A stretch of 64,000 nt of DNA from contig JAXLZU010000001.1 of NCBI GenBank assembly GCA_046350735.1, forward strand, positions 307,950 to 371,949. Reading direction: 5' to 3'. The position numbers were made by a program, and so were the translations under genes. Source of the stretch: Candidatus Saccharimonadota bacterium (GTDB lineage Bacteria > Patescibacteriota > Saccharimonadia > CAILAD01 > BJGX01). The notes beneath the pieces were generated by a model. The model was not told the origin of the DNA and searched no databases. It saw nothing but the letters and a program-made list of their open reading frames with translations. Each line of letters starts with the position of its first letter. Position 1 is the stretch's first letter. This document shows positions 50,226-60,072 of the stretch, in pieces.

Positions 50226-50894
50226 ATGACACATCACATCCAGAAACAGATTTTAGCCAAACTTATTTCACATCCGTATTTGCGGTTTAGCAGGCTAAAG
50301 CCAAGCAATATTGAGAGTAACCACTTTATGTACCATCTTAAATCTCTTATGCGAGAGGGTTTGGTAGTAAAAAACGACGAGGGTTTGTATTTACTTAGTG
50401 CCGAGGGTAAACAGTTTGCCGATAACTTAAGTCTCGATACATACAAACCTCGCAAACAGCCTAATATTGTCACACTGGTCACTTGTCAGAACGAAAAAGG
50501 GCAATGGCTGGTATACAAACGAGCTCGCCAACCATTAATTAACCAAGTGGGGTTTGTATATGGCAAAGTTCATTTGGGCGAAACAGTCTCAGAAGCTGCT
50601 CATAGAGAGTTAAAAGAAAAGACTGGCTTACAATGCGAGCTTACCCACAAGGGCGATGGCTACATTACTATTTACGAAAGTAATGAGCCTGTAAGTCAGA
50701 TACTGTTTCATATGTTTTATGGAAGAAATCCGTATGGAGAAATTAAGCCAACCAAAAAGCCGGGTACGGCCTCGTGGGCATGGCAAGAAGAATTTGGCCA
50801 CCCGCCTTATATGGCAAGCATGCCAGAGCTAGCCCGACTCGCTAAAGAACCAGGTGAGAGATTCTTTGTAGAACTAACATATAAACCAGGTTAG
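50226..50894 (+). CDS. winged-HTH + NUDIX hydrolase fusion protein
   Basis: N-terminal wHTH-like region; Nudix box GKVHLGETVSEAAHRELKEKTGL (Gx5Ex7REUxEExGU); 222 aa. Confidence 0.6.
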   Translation: MTHHIQKQILAKLISHPYLRFSRLKPSNIESNHFMYHLKSLMREGLVVKNDEGLYLLSAEGKQFADNLSLDTYKPRKQPNIVTLVTCQNEKGQWLVYKRARQPLINQVGFVYGKVHLGETVSEAAHRELKEKTGLQCELTHKGDGYITIYESNEPVSQILFHMFYGRNPYGEIKPTKKPGTASWAWQEEFGHPPYMASMPELARLAKEPGERFFVELTYKPG

Positions 50895-50945
50895 AGATAT
50901 AAAAAATTGGCCTTATCTCTAATAAGGTAAATAAAAACCCCAACC

Positions 50946-51527
50946 TTAGTTGGGGGTAGTGGTGAGTTTTTGGATGACAAATTTGTCTCTGTCTCGATCA
51001 AAAATCTGCTTCATCCGAAATTCGATTTCGGAGAGCAATTTGTCTAGATCAAAACCCATTAGCCTATATTGTGACATGAGAGAATTCAAAATAGGGTAAG
51101 GAATTTCTTGCAAGAAGAAGCAACGATCATACGGAATTCTAACCATATCATTTGGATCATAATCGTCCCAAAATGACCACTCTACATATATTACTTCAGA
51201 ATCAGTATTATTCAATTTATTTGCAGCAATCATGCAAAGTGCATACACCAAATATTGTACACGATTCATGCCCTCAGTGATTTTTTGGTTTAGTTCGTTT
51301 CGCAGGGTTTCTGTACTGAGATCGAGAATCTGATCGTAGGTAAGACCAAGCTTCTCACAGTGCTCTACTACAACTGCAGAACTTTCTGGCTCGGAGAATC
51401 CATCTACTACGGCAATCTCCCAGAAGACACTGGCAATAGATTCTACAGCAAACACCGAATCTGGAAATTCCTTCTTTTTGGCAATTTCGAGTAGTATTGG
51501 GAGGGCTGCAACGAGTTTCTCGTCCAC
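50946..51527 (-). CDS. hypothetical protein
   Basis: 193-aa ORF preceded by a CCCCAAC..GTTGGGG terminator hairpin at 50934-50960. Confidence 0.4.
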   Translation of the reverse strand: MDEKLVAALPILLEIAKKKEFPDSVFAVESIASVFWEIAVVDGFSEPESSAVVVEHCEKLGLTYDQILDLSTETLRNELNQKITEGMNRVQYLVYALCMIAANKLNNTDSEVIYVEWSFWDDYDPNDMVRIPYDRCFFLQEIPYPILNSLMSQYRLMGFDLDKLLSEIEFRMKQIFDRDRDKFVIQKLTTTPN

Positions 51528-51607
51528 TTCTGGGCCTTTCGAGGTACGAATAGGTATGTATAAACATATACTTCATAGGTGTATTTGTCAAGTAAAAAGC
51601 CCCGGTG

Positions 51608-51844
51608 TTAACCAGGGCGAAGAGAATAGAGGGAATACGCTATCATTAACGCTGCAGATGTCCAAAATACAAACAAGACCCCTAGTAGTGCATTTCTATC
51701 GCTTCTGCGTAGATACTTGGCCATCTCAGCCGAGCTTGCGCCTTCGTAATTACTTGGCGATTTACGCCAGCCATAAATAAAGACAAAGCCAAGAGCAATC
51801 AATACAACTGATAGAAAAAGCAAAAAACCTATCCCGATACTCAT
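51608..51844 (-). CDS. small hypothetical membrane protein (2 TM)
   Basis: 78 aa. Confidence 0.4.
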   Translation of the reverse strand: MSIGIGFLLFLSVVLIALGFVFIYGWRKSPSNYEGASSAEMAKYLRRSDRNALLGVLFVFWTSAALMIAYSLYSLRPG

Positions 51845-52275
51845 CGTCGGTGCTTGTTTCGGTATCTGCGTGCACGGGCATTATTGGCTTTCTCTGAAGC
51901 TTCAGATGAGTCGATTACCTTAATTTCTGTTAGTTTGGGTAAAACACATTCCTGCACACAGTTAAAGTGCAAGTGGCAATGCTGCCATCTTTTCGACATT
52001 TGAATACGCCTCATAATGACGTGGTCAGCACCAATCGGAATCTCGAGTTGACAACAGTAACAACGATATGGCTTCTTTGCAAAAGACTGGGCGAGAAAGA
52101 TAGTGATGTAATTACTATCTTTTGCGCGTAATGCCTGTCGCTTATTTGGTAAATCAATAAACTTTTGCAAATCCTCTTCGGATGGTGGACTTGAAAGGCC
52201 CAAGGTATTCACCCCATTTCTCGAAGGTACTGATTTAACAGAAGTTATAATACATATATTTATACATATTGTCAA
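51841..52275 (-). CDS. hypothetical Cys/His-rich protein (start uncertain)
   Basis: YRCYCCQ...HCHLHFNCVQEC motif; the track start is TTG; the true start may be an internal ATG. Confidence 0.3.
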   Translation of the reverse strand: MTICINICIITSVKSVPSRNGVNTLGLSSPPSEEDLQKFIDLPNKRQALRAKDSNYITIFLAQSFAKKPYRCYCCQLEIPIGADHVIMRRIQMSKRWQHCHLHFNCVQECVLPKLTEIKVIDSSEASEKANNARARRYRNKHRR

Positions 52276-52306
52276 TAATATAATGTTATTGATAGTCTGG
52301 TTATTA

Positions 52307-52335
52307 TTGCCACATTTATAACAATCTGCTACAAT
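52307..52335 (+). promoter_or_regulatory. candidate sigma70 promoter for fusA (TTGCCA-17 nt-TACAAT)
   Basis: -35 at 52307-52312, -10 at 52330-52335; ~70 nt upstream of the fusA ATG. Confidence 0.55.
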
Positions 52336-52407
52336 TATTCAGAAATAGCCATTATTTGGCGCTTTTTCATTTTTGCAATAATTATAGAAGGAGAGAATAC
52401 AAACCCC

Positions 52408-54534
52408 ATGGCGCGCGATTATAGCTTAGAAGACACCAGAAATATTGGTATTATTGCCCATATTGATGCTGGTAAAACTACCGTTACCGAAGGTGTACTA
52501 TACCGAACAGGTAAGGTGCATAAAATTGGTGAAGTTCACGAAGGTGAAGCCACCATGGACTGGATGGAACAAGAACGTGAACGTGGCATTACTATTACCT
52601 CTGCTGCTACCACATGTTTCTGGAACAACAAGCGCATTAATATTATTGATACTCCTGGTCATATCGACTTTACTGTAGAAGTAGAGCGCTCTCTTCGTGT
52701 GCTTGATGGTGCGGTTACTGTATTCGACGGCAAAATGGGTGTGGAGCCGCAAAGTGAAACTGTGTGGCGTCAAGCTGATAAATATGGTGTACCACGCATT
52801 TGTTTTATTAACAAAATTAACCAAACCGGTGGTGACTTTTATAAATCGTTAGAATCTATTCACGAACGACTTACTAAGCACGCGTATCCCATTCACTTGC
52901 CAATTGGTTTCGAGCAGCAAATAAATGGTGTAGTAGACCTTATTAGTATGAAGGCATACACCTATAAAGACTACACTGACAAAGAACTTATTGAGGGTGA
53001 AATTCCTGCAGATATGAAAGAAAAGGCTGAAAAATATCGTCAGCACCTAATAGAAGCTGCAGTAGAAGCTGATGATGCAGTTATGGAGAAATATCTAGAA
53101 GGTACCGAGCTAAGTGATGAAGAAATAAAGACCGTTATTCGCAAGTCGGTACTACGTGGAGACTTCTTTATTGTTTCTGGTGGTGATGGCCGTGGTGTAA
53201 TTGTAGAGAAATTACTCGACATTATTACCGACTACCTACCAAACCCACTCGAGGTAACTCCACCGCTTTCTATCGATACCAAGACAGGCGAAGAAAAAGT
53301 ACTAGAAGTGAGCGATGACGCACCTTTTGCTGCGTTGGCCTTTAAGATTGCTACCGATCCATTTGTGGGTAAACTAGCTTTCTTTAGGGTGTATGCAGGT
53401 ACGGTAAAGACTGGTAGCTATGTGCTCAATAGCAGTACTGGCGAAAAAGAACGTATTGGTCGTATTGTACGAATGCATGCCAATAACCGCGAAGAAGTAG
53501 ATGAAGTATATGCTGGCGAAATTGCAGCAGCAGTAGGTCTAAAAGCAACAATTACCGGTAACACCTTGTGTGATCCGGGTGGAAACATTGTTCTTGAGAG
53601 TATTACCTTCCCAGAACCTGTTATTAGTATTGCTATCGAGCCAAAAACTAAGGCCGACCAAGAAAAGATGAGTATAGCACTTGGTCGCTTGGCCGAAGAA
53701 GACCCTACCTTTAGGGTGCACACCGACGAAGATAGTGGCCAAACCATTATTGACGGTATGGGCGAGCTTCATCTCGAGGTGATTGTTGATAGAATGAAGC
53801 GCGAATTTAAAGTAGAAGCTAACGTTGGCCGACCACAGGTAGCCTTTAGAGAAACCATTAAAGGTACCACGCAGATAGAAGGTAAGTTTGTTAGACAATC
53901 TGGCGGACGTGGTCAGTTTGGTCATGTTTGGCTCGAGCTTAGTCCGTTAGTAAAAACCGAAGATGACGAAAAAGGTAAGATCTTTGAGTTTGAAAATGCC
54001 ATTGTTGGTGGTGCGGTACCAAAAGAATACATTAAGCCAGTAGAGCAAGGTATTATTGAGGCTATGAGTAACGGTGTTATTGCTGGTTACCCTGTAGTGG
54101 ATATTCATGCCAAGCTTTACGATGGTAGTTATCACGAGGTAGATAGTAGTGAGGTGGCCTTTAAAATTGCTGCTTCTATGGCCTTGCAAGAAGGTGTCAA
54201 AAAAGCCCAGCCAGTTATTATGGAACCTATTATGAAGGTAGAAATTACTACCCCAGAAGAATCGATGGGTGATGTTATAGGTGATATTAATGCCAAACGT
54301 GGACGAATAGATGAGATGGAAGACCGAAGTGGCGCCAAGGTTATTCGATGTTTTGTTCCACTTGCTGAAATGTTTGGTTATGCCACAAGTCTTCGTAGTC
54401 TTACTCAGGGTCGCGCCAGTTATGCTATGGAGTTTGACCACTACGCCGAAGTGCCTGGTAATGTAGCCGAAGAACTCAAAGGCAAATACACTGCCGCTAG
54501 AGAATCTGGCGACGCCTCGGCTCGCGCTAGCTAA
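52408..54534 (+). CDS. fusA: elongation factor G
   Basis: 708 aa; GTPase motifs [18 protein letters not shown]. Confidence 0.97.
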   Translation: MARDYSLEDTRNIGIIAHIDAGKTTVTEGVLYRTGKVHKIGEVHEGEATMDWMEQERERGITITSAATTCFWNNKRINIIDTPGHIDFTVEVERSLRVLDGAVTVFDGKMGVEPQSETVWRQADKYGVPRICFINKINQTGGDFYKSLESIHERLTKHAYPIHLPIGFEQQINGVVDLISMKAYTYKDYTDKELIEGEIPADMKEKAEKYRQHLIEAAVEADDAVMEKYLEGTELSDEEIKTVIRKSVLRGDFFIVSGGDGRGVIVEKLLDIITDYLPNPLEVTPPLSIDTKTGEEKVLEVSDDAPFAALAFKIATDPFVGKLAFFRVYAGTVKTGSYVLNSSTGEKERIGRIVRMHANNREEVDEVYAGEIAAAVGLKATITGNTLCDPGGNIVLESITFPEPVISIAIEPKTKADQEKMSIALGRLAEEDPTFRVHTDEDSGQTIIDGMGELHLEVIVDRMKREFKVEANVGRPQVAFRETIKGTTQIEGKFVRQSGGRGQFGHVWLELSPLVKTEDDEKGKIFEFENAIVGGAVPKEYIKPVEQGIIEAMSNGVIAGYPVVDIHAKLYDGSYHEVDSSEVAFKIAASMALQEGVKKAQPVIMEPIMKVEITTPEESMGDVIGDINAKRGRIDEMEDRSGAKVIRCFVPLAEMFGYATSLRSLTQGRASYAMEFDHYAEVPGNVAEELKGKYTAARESGDASARAS

Positions 54535-54669
54535 TATATTGTTCGAGGTAATTCTAGGGCTATAGTTCTTACTTTGTTCGAACAATAAGACAATCTCAAA
54601 AAAAGACTCGTTCCCTGGGTCTTTTTTTGTAATAAAAAATCCCAGTTTTTCACTGGGAAATAGTACTCA

Positions 54670-55218
54670 TTATCCTGGGACAGGTGGAGGTAAGGCATTA
54701 GGAGAAGGTACTTTAATATTCTTGACAGCTTTTGCCAAGGTTTCGGCTTTTTGTCGAATCCAACCCTTTCCTCGCGGTATTGTATCGGCTGCAAAATAGA
54801 TAGAAACCGAATATAGCAGCCAACTCAGATCAACAAGAGCGTGAAATTTATCGCTATTCAACAGATCAGTAATTAGGAAAAAGAGATTAATAGTACCTAG
54901 ACCTAGCCTGATAACAATCCATCCATCCCCATTAAACTCACTTTTTAGCTTGGCATCAGAACCAGACTCAAGGTTCTGTTGGTCTTTGCGAAATAGCAAA
55001 ATTAGCATAATAAAAGCCATAAAGATAGCTAGCCATACTAACCCATCTAATGCATCAAACTTACCAATTGAGTACTTATAAAAGTAATAAAGTGTCGTAA
55101 CTAATTCAGAAAAAATTACGACTGCTATGGCAAAAAAATAGTTCGATCTACCAGTTAGCTTACACAAGAAGCTTAATGGCACATGCAAAATGCTTGCAAT
55201 AAATTGGTCAATTTTCAT
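54670..55218 (-). CDS. hypothetical integral membrane protein
   Basis: ATG at 55218 with GGGAGG RBS chosen over the longer track ORF; ~5 TM helices. Confidence 0.45.
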   Translation of the reverse strand: MKIDQFIASILHVPLSFLCKLTGRSNYFFAIAVVIFSELVTTLYYFYKYSIGKFDALDGLVWLAIFMAFIMLILLFRKDQQNLESGSDAKLKSEFNGDGWIVIRLGLGTINLFFLITDLLNSDKFHALVDLSWLLYSVSIYFAADTIPRGKGWIRQKAETLAKAVKNIKVPSPNALPPPVPG

Positions 55219-55445
55219 ACATCCAGCCTCCCTAGAAAGGTGCGAAAGTATCAAATACTATAGCATCTAAATATAGTTATTACAATAAAAATTATTATGC
55301 TTGCAAAATAGCACAAAAAGCGTATTGTTGTTCTTGCCTTCCTGGGTTGGTGCAACCTCGTAAAATCGCTACAGCGACTAGCGGGGGAGTGAAGCGGGCG
55401 GAGTAACCCACTTTTCAGCCACCGGCGAGTAGCAAGGAGATTAGT

Positions 55446-55718
55446 ATGAGCGATGAGCCGGATCAGGAAGAAGTAAGGCAAGTTAATGACGATGATTGGC
55501 GTTCTCGTCCACTAACGCGACGACAAAAGCCAGCTCCAAAAGAACCTGATGTACCTGTAACAAGTGCAGAAGAACTCGCCGCAGAGCAGCGAGAGATACA
55601 AACATTTTTGCAGGCCAGCCAGCAGGCCGGGGTAGACCCTAGTGTCTTAACCGAGCGTCTTGGAAAAGTAGCCGAGCGCCTTGCTAAAGAAGACGATAGC
55701 ACTAACTCTTTGGAGTAG
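55446..55718 (+). CDS. hypothetical acidic protein (GC-rich gene with GC-rich 5' leader)
   Basis: AAGGAG RBS; 90 aa, low-complexity acidic; followed by a CTCCTACC..GGTAGGAG + T6 terminator at 55727-55757. Confidence 0.4.
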   Translation: MSDEPDQEEVRQVNDDDWRSRPLTRRQKPAPKEPDVPVTSAEELAAEQREIQTFLQASQQAGVDPSVLTERLGKVAERLAKEDDSTNSLE

Positions 55719-55865
55719 TTTAGTCACTCCTACCACAACCGGGTAGGAGATTTTTTATCCTACTAAAAAAGAATAGGTGAGCCTCTCTTGTATAATGATT
55801 TATGCAGAAGAGCAATCTTATGATAGAATATGGTCTGTCCTCAAACCCTTCCATCAGGAGGCTAA

Positions 55866-56138
55866 ATGGACGGAATGTACCTCGACGAACCTTTAGAACG
55901 ACTCAAGTTTGCATTGTTTGTTGTGGCTATTACGCTTTTCTCAATAATTATCTGTGTAGGCTTTGTGGCCTGGATATTCACCGGTGATATCGATATTCTG
56001 GCACGTACTTTGCTAGTGTTTGTTATTGCAACCCTCATGGTCCGTTTCTTTTTTGGCTATGAAGCTGAGGGGTATCGACCATCTCCTCCAGATAGTTCTC
56101 ATCCTGATATGGACGTTTGGACAGAAGATGAGCTCTAA
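55866..56138 (+). CDS. small hypothetical membrane protein (2 TM)
   Basis: 90 aa; followed by a terminator at 56142-56169. Confidence 0.4.
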   Translation: MDGMYLDEPLERLKFALFVVAITLFSIIICVGFVAWIFTGDIDILARTLLVFVIATLMVRFFFGYEAEGYRPSPPDSSHPDMDVWTEDEL

Positions 56139-56141
56139 GTA

Positions 56142-56169
56142 TAGACCTTTGTTTGCAAGGGTCTTTTTT
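56142..56169 (+). terminator. rho-independent terminator (AGACCTTTG..CAAGGGTCT + T6)
   Basis: 9-bp hairpin with one GU pair, followed by TTTTTT. Confidence 0.7.
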
Positions 56170-56183
56170 CATAATAAAAGCCT

Positions 56184-56212
56184 TTACAAATCGAGAGAGA
56201 TTAGCTATACTA
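56184..56212 (+). promoter_or_regulatory. candidate sigma70 promoter for tuf-rpsJ (TTTACA-17 nt-TATACT)
   Basis: -35 at 56184-56189, -10 at 56207-56212. Confidence 0.5.
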
Positions 56213-56287
56213 AATACAAGCTATTCCAAGGCGATTTTTTATTGTCTAAAATAATATATTAATAACCCAAAATAATAAGGAGAAATA

Positions 56288-57469
56288 ATGGCAGATTTTA
56301 AGCGCGACAAACCACACGTTAATGTAGGTACTATGGGTCACGTCGACCACGGTAAAACTACCTTAACTGCAGCTATCACTCACGTTTTGGCAAAGAAATT
56401 GCCTAGTGATGTAAACAAACCAATTAAGTACGACGAAATCGATAAGGCTCCAGAAGAAAAAGAACGCGGTATTACTATCGCTACTTCTCACCAAGAGTAC
56501 GAAAGCGAAAAGCGTCACTATGCTCACGTTGATATGCCTGGTCATGCCGACTACGTTAAGAACATGATTACCGGTGCTGCACAGGTAGATGGTGCTATCT
56601 TGGTAGTAAGTGCAGCTGATGGTCCTATGCCACAAACTCGCGAGCACGTATTGCTTGCTAAGCAAGTTGGTGTGCCAAAAATCTTAGTTTTCATGAACAA
56701 GATGGATATGGCCGACCCAGAACTTGCCGAACTCGTTGAAGTAGAAATTCGCGAACTCTTAGAAAAATACGATTTCGACAAAGATGCTCCAATTGTTAAG
56801 GGTTCTGCTCTTAAAGCTCTAGAAGGCGACGCTGCATCAGAAGATGCCATTATGGAGCTCGTAAAGGCTATGGATGAATACATTCCAGAACCAAAGCGCG
56901 ATCTCGACAAGCCATTCCTTATGCCAATCGAAGACGTATTCTCTATTAAGGGTCGTGGTACTGTTGCTACCGGTCGTATCGAACAAGGTAAAGTTAATAT
57001 TAACGACGAAGTTGAAATTGTTGGTATTAAAGACACTTCTAAAACCGTAGTAACCGGTGTAGAAATGTTTAAGAAAATGCTCGACGAAGGTCAAGCTGGT
57101 GATAACGTAGGTATCTTGCTTCGTGGTATTGAACGCGATGATATCGAACGTGGTCAGGTACTTGCCAAACCAGGCAGCATTACTCCACACACCGAATTTG
57201 AATGTGAAGTATATGTTCTTAAAAAAGAAGAAGGCGGACGTCACACCCCATTCTTTAAAGGCTACAAGCCACAATTTTACTTCCGTACTACCGACGTTAC
57301 TGGCGAAGTAGAGCTTCCAGAAGGTACCGAAATGGTAATGCCTGGCGATAATATCTCTGTTAAGGTAAAACTCCTTGCTCCAATCGCTATGGAAGACGGC
57401 TTACGCTTTGCTATCCGCGAAGGTGGTAAGACTGTTGGCGCTGGTGTTGTAACTAAGATTATCAAGTAG
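56288..57469 (+). CDS. tuf: elongation factor Tu
   Basis: 393 aa; [18 protein letters not shown] motifs. Confidence 0.97.
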   Translation: MADFKRDKPHVNVGTMGHVDHGKTTLTAAITHVLAKKLPSDVNKPIKYDEIDKAPEEKERGITIATSHQEYESEKRHYAHVDMPGHADYVKNMITGAAQVDGAILVVSAADGPMPQTREHVLLAKQVGVPKILVFMNKMDMADPELAELVEVEIRELLEKYDFDKDAPIVKGSALKALEGDAASEDAIMELVKAMDEYIPEPKRDLDKPFLMPIEDVFSIKGRGTVATGRIEQGKVNINDEVEIVGIKDTSKTVVTGVEMFKKMLDEGQAGDNVGILLRGIERDDIERGQVLAKPGSITPHTEFECEVYVLKKEEGGRHTPFFKGYKPQFYFRTTDVTGEVELPEGTEMVMPGDNISVKVKLLAPIAMEDGLRFAIREGGKTVGAGVVTKIIK

Positions 57470-57484
57470 TAGAATACAAATACC

Positions 57485-57805
57485 ATGCCAGACGCACCAA
57501 CCAAGCAACGTATCCGCATTAAGCTAAAAGCTTATGACAATAAAGTAATGGATCAGTCGACTAAGCAAATTATCGATACCGCTATTCGTACTGGTGCGAA
57601 TGTAGCCGGGCCTATTCCTCTACCTACCGATAAGAAGAAGTACACTGTTAACAAGAGCCCACACATCTATAAGACCTCACGAGAGCAGTTTGAAATGCGT
57701 ACTCACAAACGTCTTATCGATATTACCGAGCCAACACCTAAGACGATTGATAATCTCATGAATCTTAGCTTGCCAGCCGGTGTAGACATCGAAATTAAAA
57801 TGTAA
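57485..57805 (+). CDS. rpsJ: 30S ribosomal protein S10
   Basis: [11 protein letters not shown]...PLPT...[21 protein letters not shown]; 106 aa. Confidence 0.95.
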   Translation: MPDAPTKQRIRIKLKAYDNKVMDQSTKQIIDTAIRTGANVAGPIPLPTDKKKYTVNKSPHIYKTSREQFEMRTHKRLIDITEPTPKTIDNLMNLSLPAGVDIEIKM

Positions 57806-57821
57806 AACATACAATCTAAAA

Positions 57822-57845
57822 GGGCTCCTCTAGAGGAGCCCTTTT
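57822..57845 (+). terminator. rho-independent terminator directly after rpsJ (GGGCTCCTC-TA-GAGGAGCCC + T4)
   Basis: Perfect 9-bp palindromic hairpin; its position is unusual because rplC normally follows rpsJ. Confidence 0.7.
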
Positions 57846-57942
57846 AGATTACTAATAAATTGATGATAGTACTAATGACTAATATAAATAACCTAACAAC
57901 TTCTTAGCATATAAAAAACCCCAGATTTCTCTGGGGTATAAA

Positions 57943-59355
57943 TTACTCTTTGTCAGTTTCTGCTTTTTCTATCATAGTACGAATATCTCGCTGCATACGA
58001 GCCTTAATAAAACGTGGAAGCTTATAGTAGCCTTCAATACTTGGTGAAATATGGGGTCGTACAAAGGTAAAACCTGGTTTGATATAACGAATTACTCTCA
58101 AGCCTGTTGTTTTTTCAAACTCTTCTAGCTCAATACGGTGCTTCGCGCTCATGTTCTTTCCATCGGGCAAACGTCGCAAGTGCCCAGTTACGTGGTGTGG
58201 CTCACGGGTAATTGCGTTCAAGATGGGTTTACGTGGCTCGACTTCTTGCTGGCGTCCAGCTTTGTCGACATAAGTACGGCGTATGTATAAGAAATGTTCT
58301 GACGAATCAGAATCTGAGTATGGTTGTCCCGACTTCGGCTCATGATCTGTCGAGGGTTCAACAACGATCGTGTCCGCTGTCACCAGATCGTGATAGACTG
58401 AGCAAATCAGAAATACAACATTTTTAAAAATATTTGAATCATTGGATCCTAACTTGATTTCATCATCAAGATCTGTGTCCGTCAGAAAAGCCTCTTCGTT
58501 AATAAAGTAAGTTGCCTTTTTGCCACTGCTATCCACAAGGAATACCTGAAACTGCAAGTAGTCATCAAACGTGGGAAGTACTAAGAGCTGTAGTTCTACA
58601 ATCGCACCATAACCAGAAAGTCTTACCCGTACACCTCGCTCGTGCACAAGATATCGTTGATTGTAGTATGCGTCTTCCAGAAATTTTCTTGACTCTATCA
58701 AGATATCTGAGTTAGGTTCTTGTTCTAAAATATGTGAATTTTGAACCCAAAGGTTAATGTCACGGGGGTCGGGGTAAAAATCAATAGCACTCTCTGAAAC
58801 CGTACACATATCAATTGAGTATCCTACAAGCTTTCGTAGTACATCAAATATATCGTCAGCGGTATTGAGCCTGGTTTTGTATTTCTTATAGATGAGCTGC
58901 CCAGTACTACGGTTCTTGCCTAGCAAAAATTGCTTTTCGTTACCGATAAGTATACGAATGGTGGCAAAATACAGCATTAACACATTCCCAAGAGTATTTT
59001 CGTATGTGCCTGACTCTGTTTGGCCAAGGGTAATGTGTGCAATTTGAATTAAGATGTTTAATTCATTGACGTTATCCGCAAAATATTCGGGCACCCCAGA
59101 AAAAAGTTGTGCAATATTGTGGTAATATTGTCTCTCAGCTTCATTGGTCTGCATACCGTTCCGCACATTTTGCTTGCATGCCTCGATGATTAATAGCAGT
59201 TCATGGACAACGGTTTCAAGATATTTATGTCCCCTGGCAAAAACTTCATCCTCACTAACAAATGGGTATTTTTGCATGTGTGTATCGACATCACTAAAGA
59301 GACTAACGCAAGTTTCTGCGAACACGTTGGTAACTAGGCGGGGTTTACGCCACAT
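57943..59355 (-). CDS. large hypothetical protein (471 aa), no recognisable domain
   Basis: ATG at 59355 with GGGGTGG RBS (the track start TTG 59373 is slightly longer); own minus-strand terminator CCCCAGA..TCTGGGG at 57914-57940. Confidence 0.5.
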   Translation of the reverse strand: MWRKPRLVTNVFAETCVSLFSDVDTHMQKYPFVSEDEVFARGHKYLETVVHELLLIIEACKQNVRNGMQTNEAERQYYHNIAQLFSGVPEYFADNVNELNILIQIAHITLGQTESGTYENTLGNVLMLYFATIRILIGNEKQFLLGKNRSTGQLIYKKYKTRLNTADDIFDVLRKLVGYSIDMCTVSESAIDFYPDPRDINLWVQNSHILEQEPNSDILIESRKFLEDAYYNQRYLVHERGVRVRLSGYGAIVELQLLVLPTFDDYLQFQVFLVDSSGKKATYFINEEAFLTDTDLDDEIKLGSNDSNIFKNVVFLICSVYHDLVTADTIVVEPSTDHEPKSGQPYSDSDSSEHFLYIRRTYVDKAGRQQEVEPRKPILNAITREPHHVTGHLRRLPDGKNMSAKHRIELEEFEKTTGLRVIRYIKPGFTFVRPHISPSIEGYYKLPRFIKARMQRDIRTMIEKAETDKE

Positions 59356-59433
59356 GATACCACCCCATGTCAAGGTCCTGGACTGAGCTTATATTAACAT
59401 AAATATAATAATTTGTAAATAAAAACCCTAGAG

Positions 59434-59913
59434 CTATCTAGGGAGAGGCTGGAGCAAATCAACTATGTAGCGTTCATTTAGACCAGCTGTAAAGAGTAAA
59501 TTTACCACTTTGTATGGGTCTTCATCTCTAATGCGAGCCATATCAATCTCGAGCGAGTAGGGCCGCAAAAAACTCGGTAGAGTAGGCTGTGCCAAAAAAG
59601 TAATTACTCTCTTAAGCAGTTCATCGCTACTGCATTCCGGCTCGCGAAATCGTGTTTCTGATATAGGAATACGAGGAGCGTGAAAATGCAGGGTGTTATT
59701 AAACTTCCTCACCGCCCGTGGCGAAGACAGCACAATTAAGAATGGTTCTTCTTGCCAGGTCCAATCGCCAAGGCCACGCGTGGCGGCAATGGCCCAAGCA
59801 ATGTCTGAATTTCGCAAGCACTTCATTAACTGAATATAGGTGACCTGATCGATTCTACCAGTAATTACTTCGAGACGGCCAATATCTGGGTCGTTCGGAA
59901 AAGGATGATCCAC
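59434..59913 (-). CDS. hypothetical protein
   Basis: 159 aa; GTG start with AGAAAGG RBS; candidate TTGCAC-17-TACAAT promoter upstream on the minus strand at ~59945-59975; terminator hairpin CCCTAGA..TCTAGGG at 59422-59445. Confidence 0.4.
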   Translation of the reverse strand: MDHPFPNDPDIGRLEVITGRIDQVTYIQLMKCLRNSDIAWAIAATRGLGDWTWQEEPFLIVLSSPRAVRKFNNTLHFHAPRIPISETRFREPECSSDELLKRVITFLAQPTLPSFLRPYSLEIDMARIRDEDPYKVVNLLFTAGLNERYIVDLLQPLPR

Positions 59914-60072
59914 CTGGAATGACCTTTCTGGTTGGAGAGAGCAGAGGTACGGCGAAATAGGATTGTATCAAGCAAATTGGCTGCGTGCAAGTAGTGAGAC
60001 AAAATAAAAACCCCGTCTGCTGATGCAAACGAGGAATGTCGAGCTCCAATCTCGACAGCGAACTTGTGGGGG

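Noticed and set aside
47700-59450. Recurrent motif AAAAACC(C)-hairpin-GG(G)TA at 33395, 47711, 48175, 48654, 50934, 54640, 57914, 59422 that first looked like a repeat family or att sites
   Set aside because: On the minus strand each reads as a GC-clamped hairpin followed by a T-tract directly after a minus-strand gene. These are ordinary (often bidirectional) intrinsic terminators sharing a common style, not a mobile repeat.
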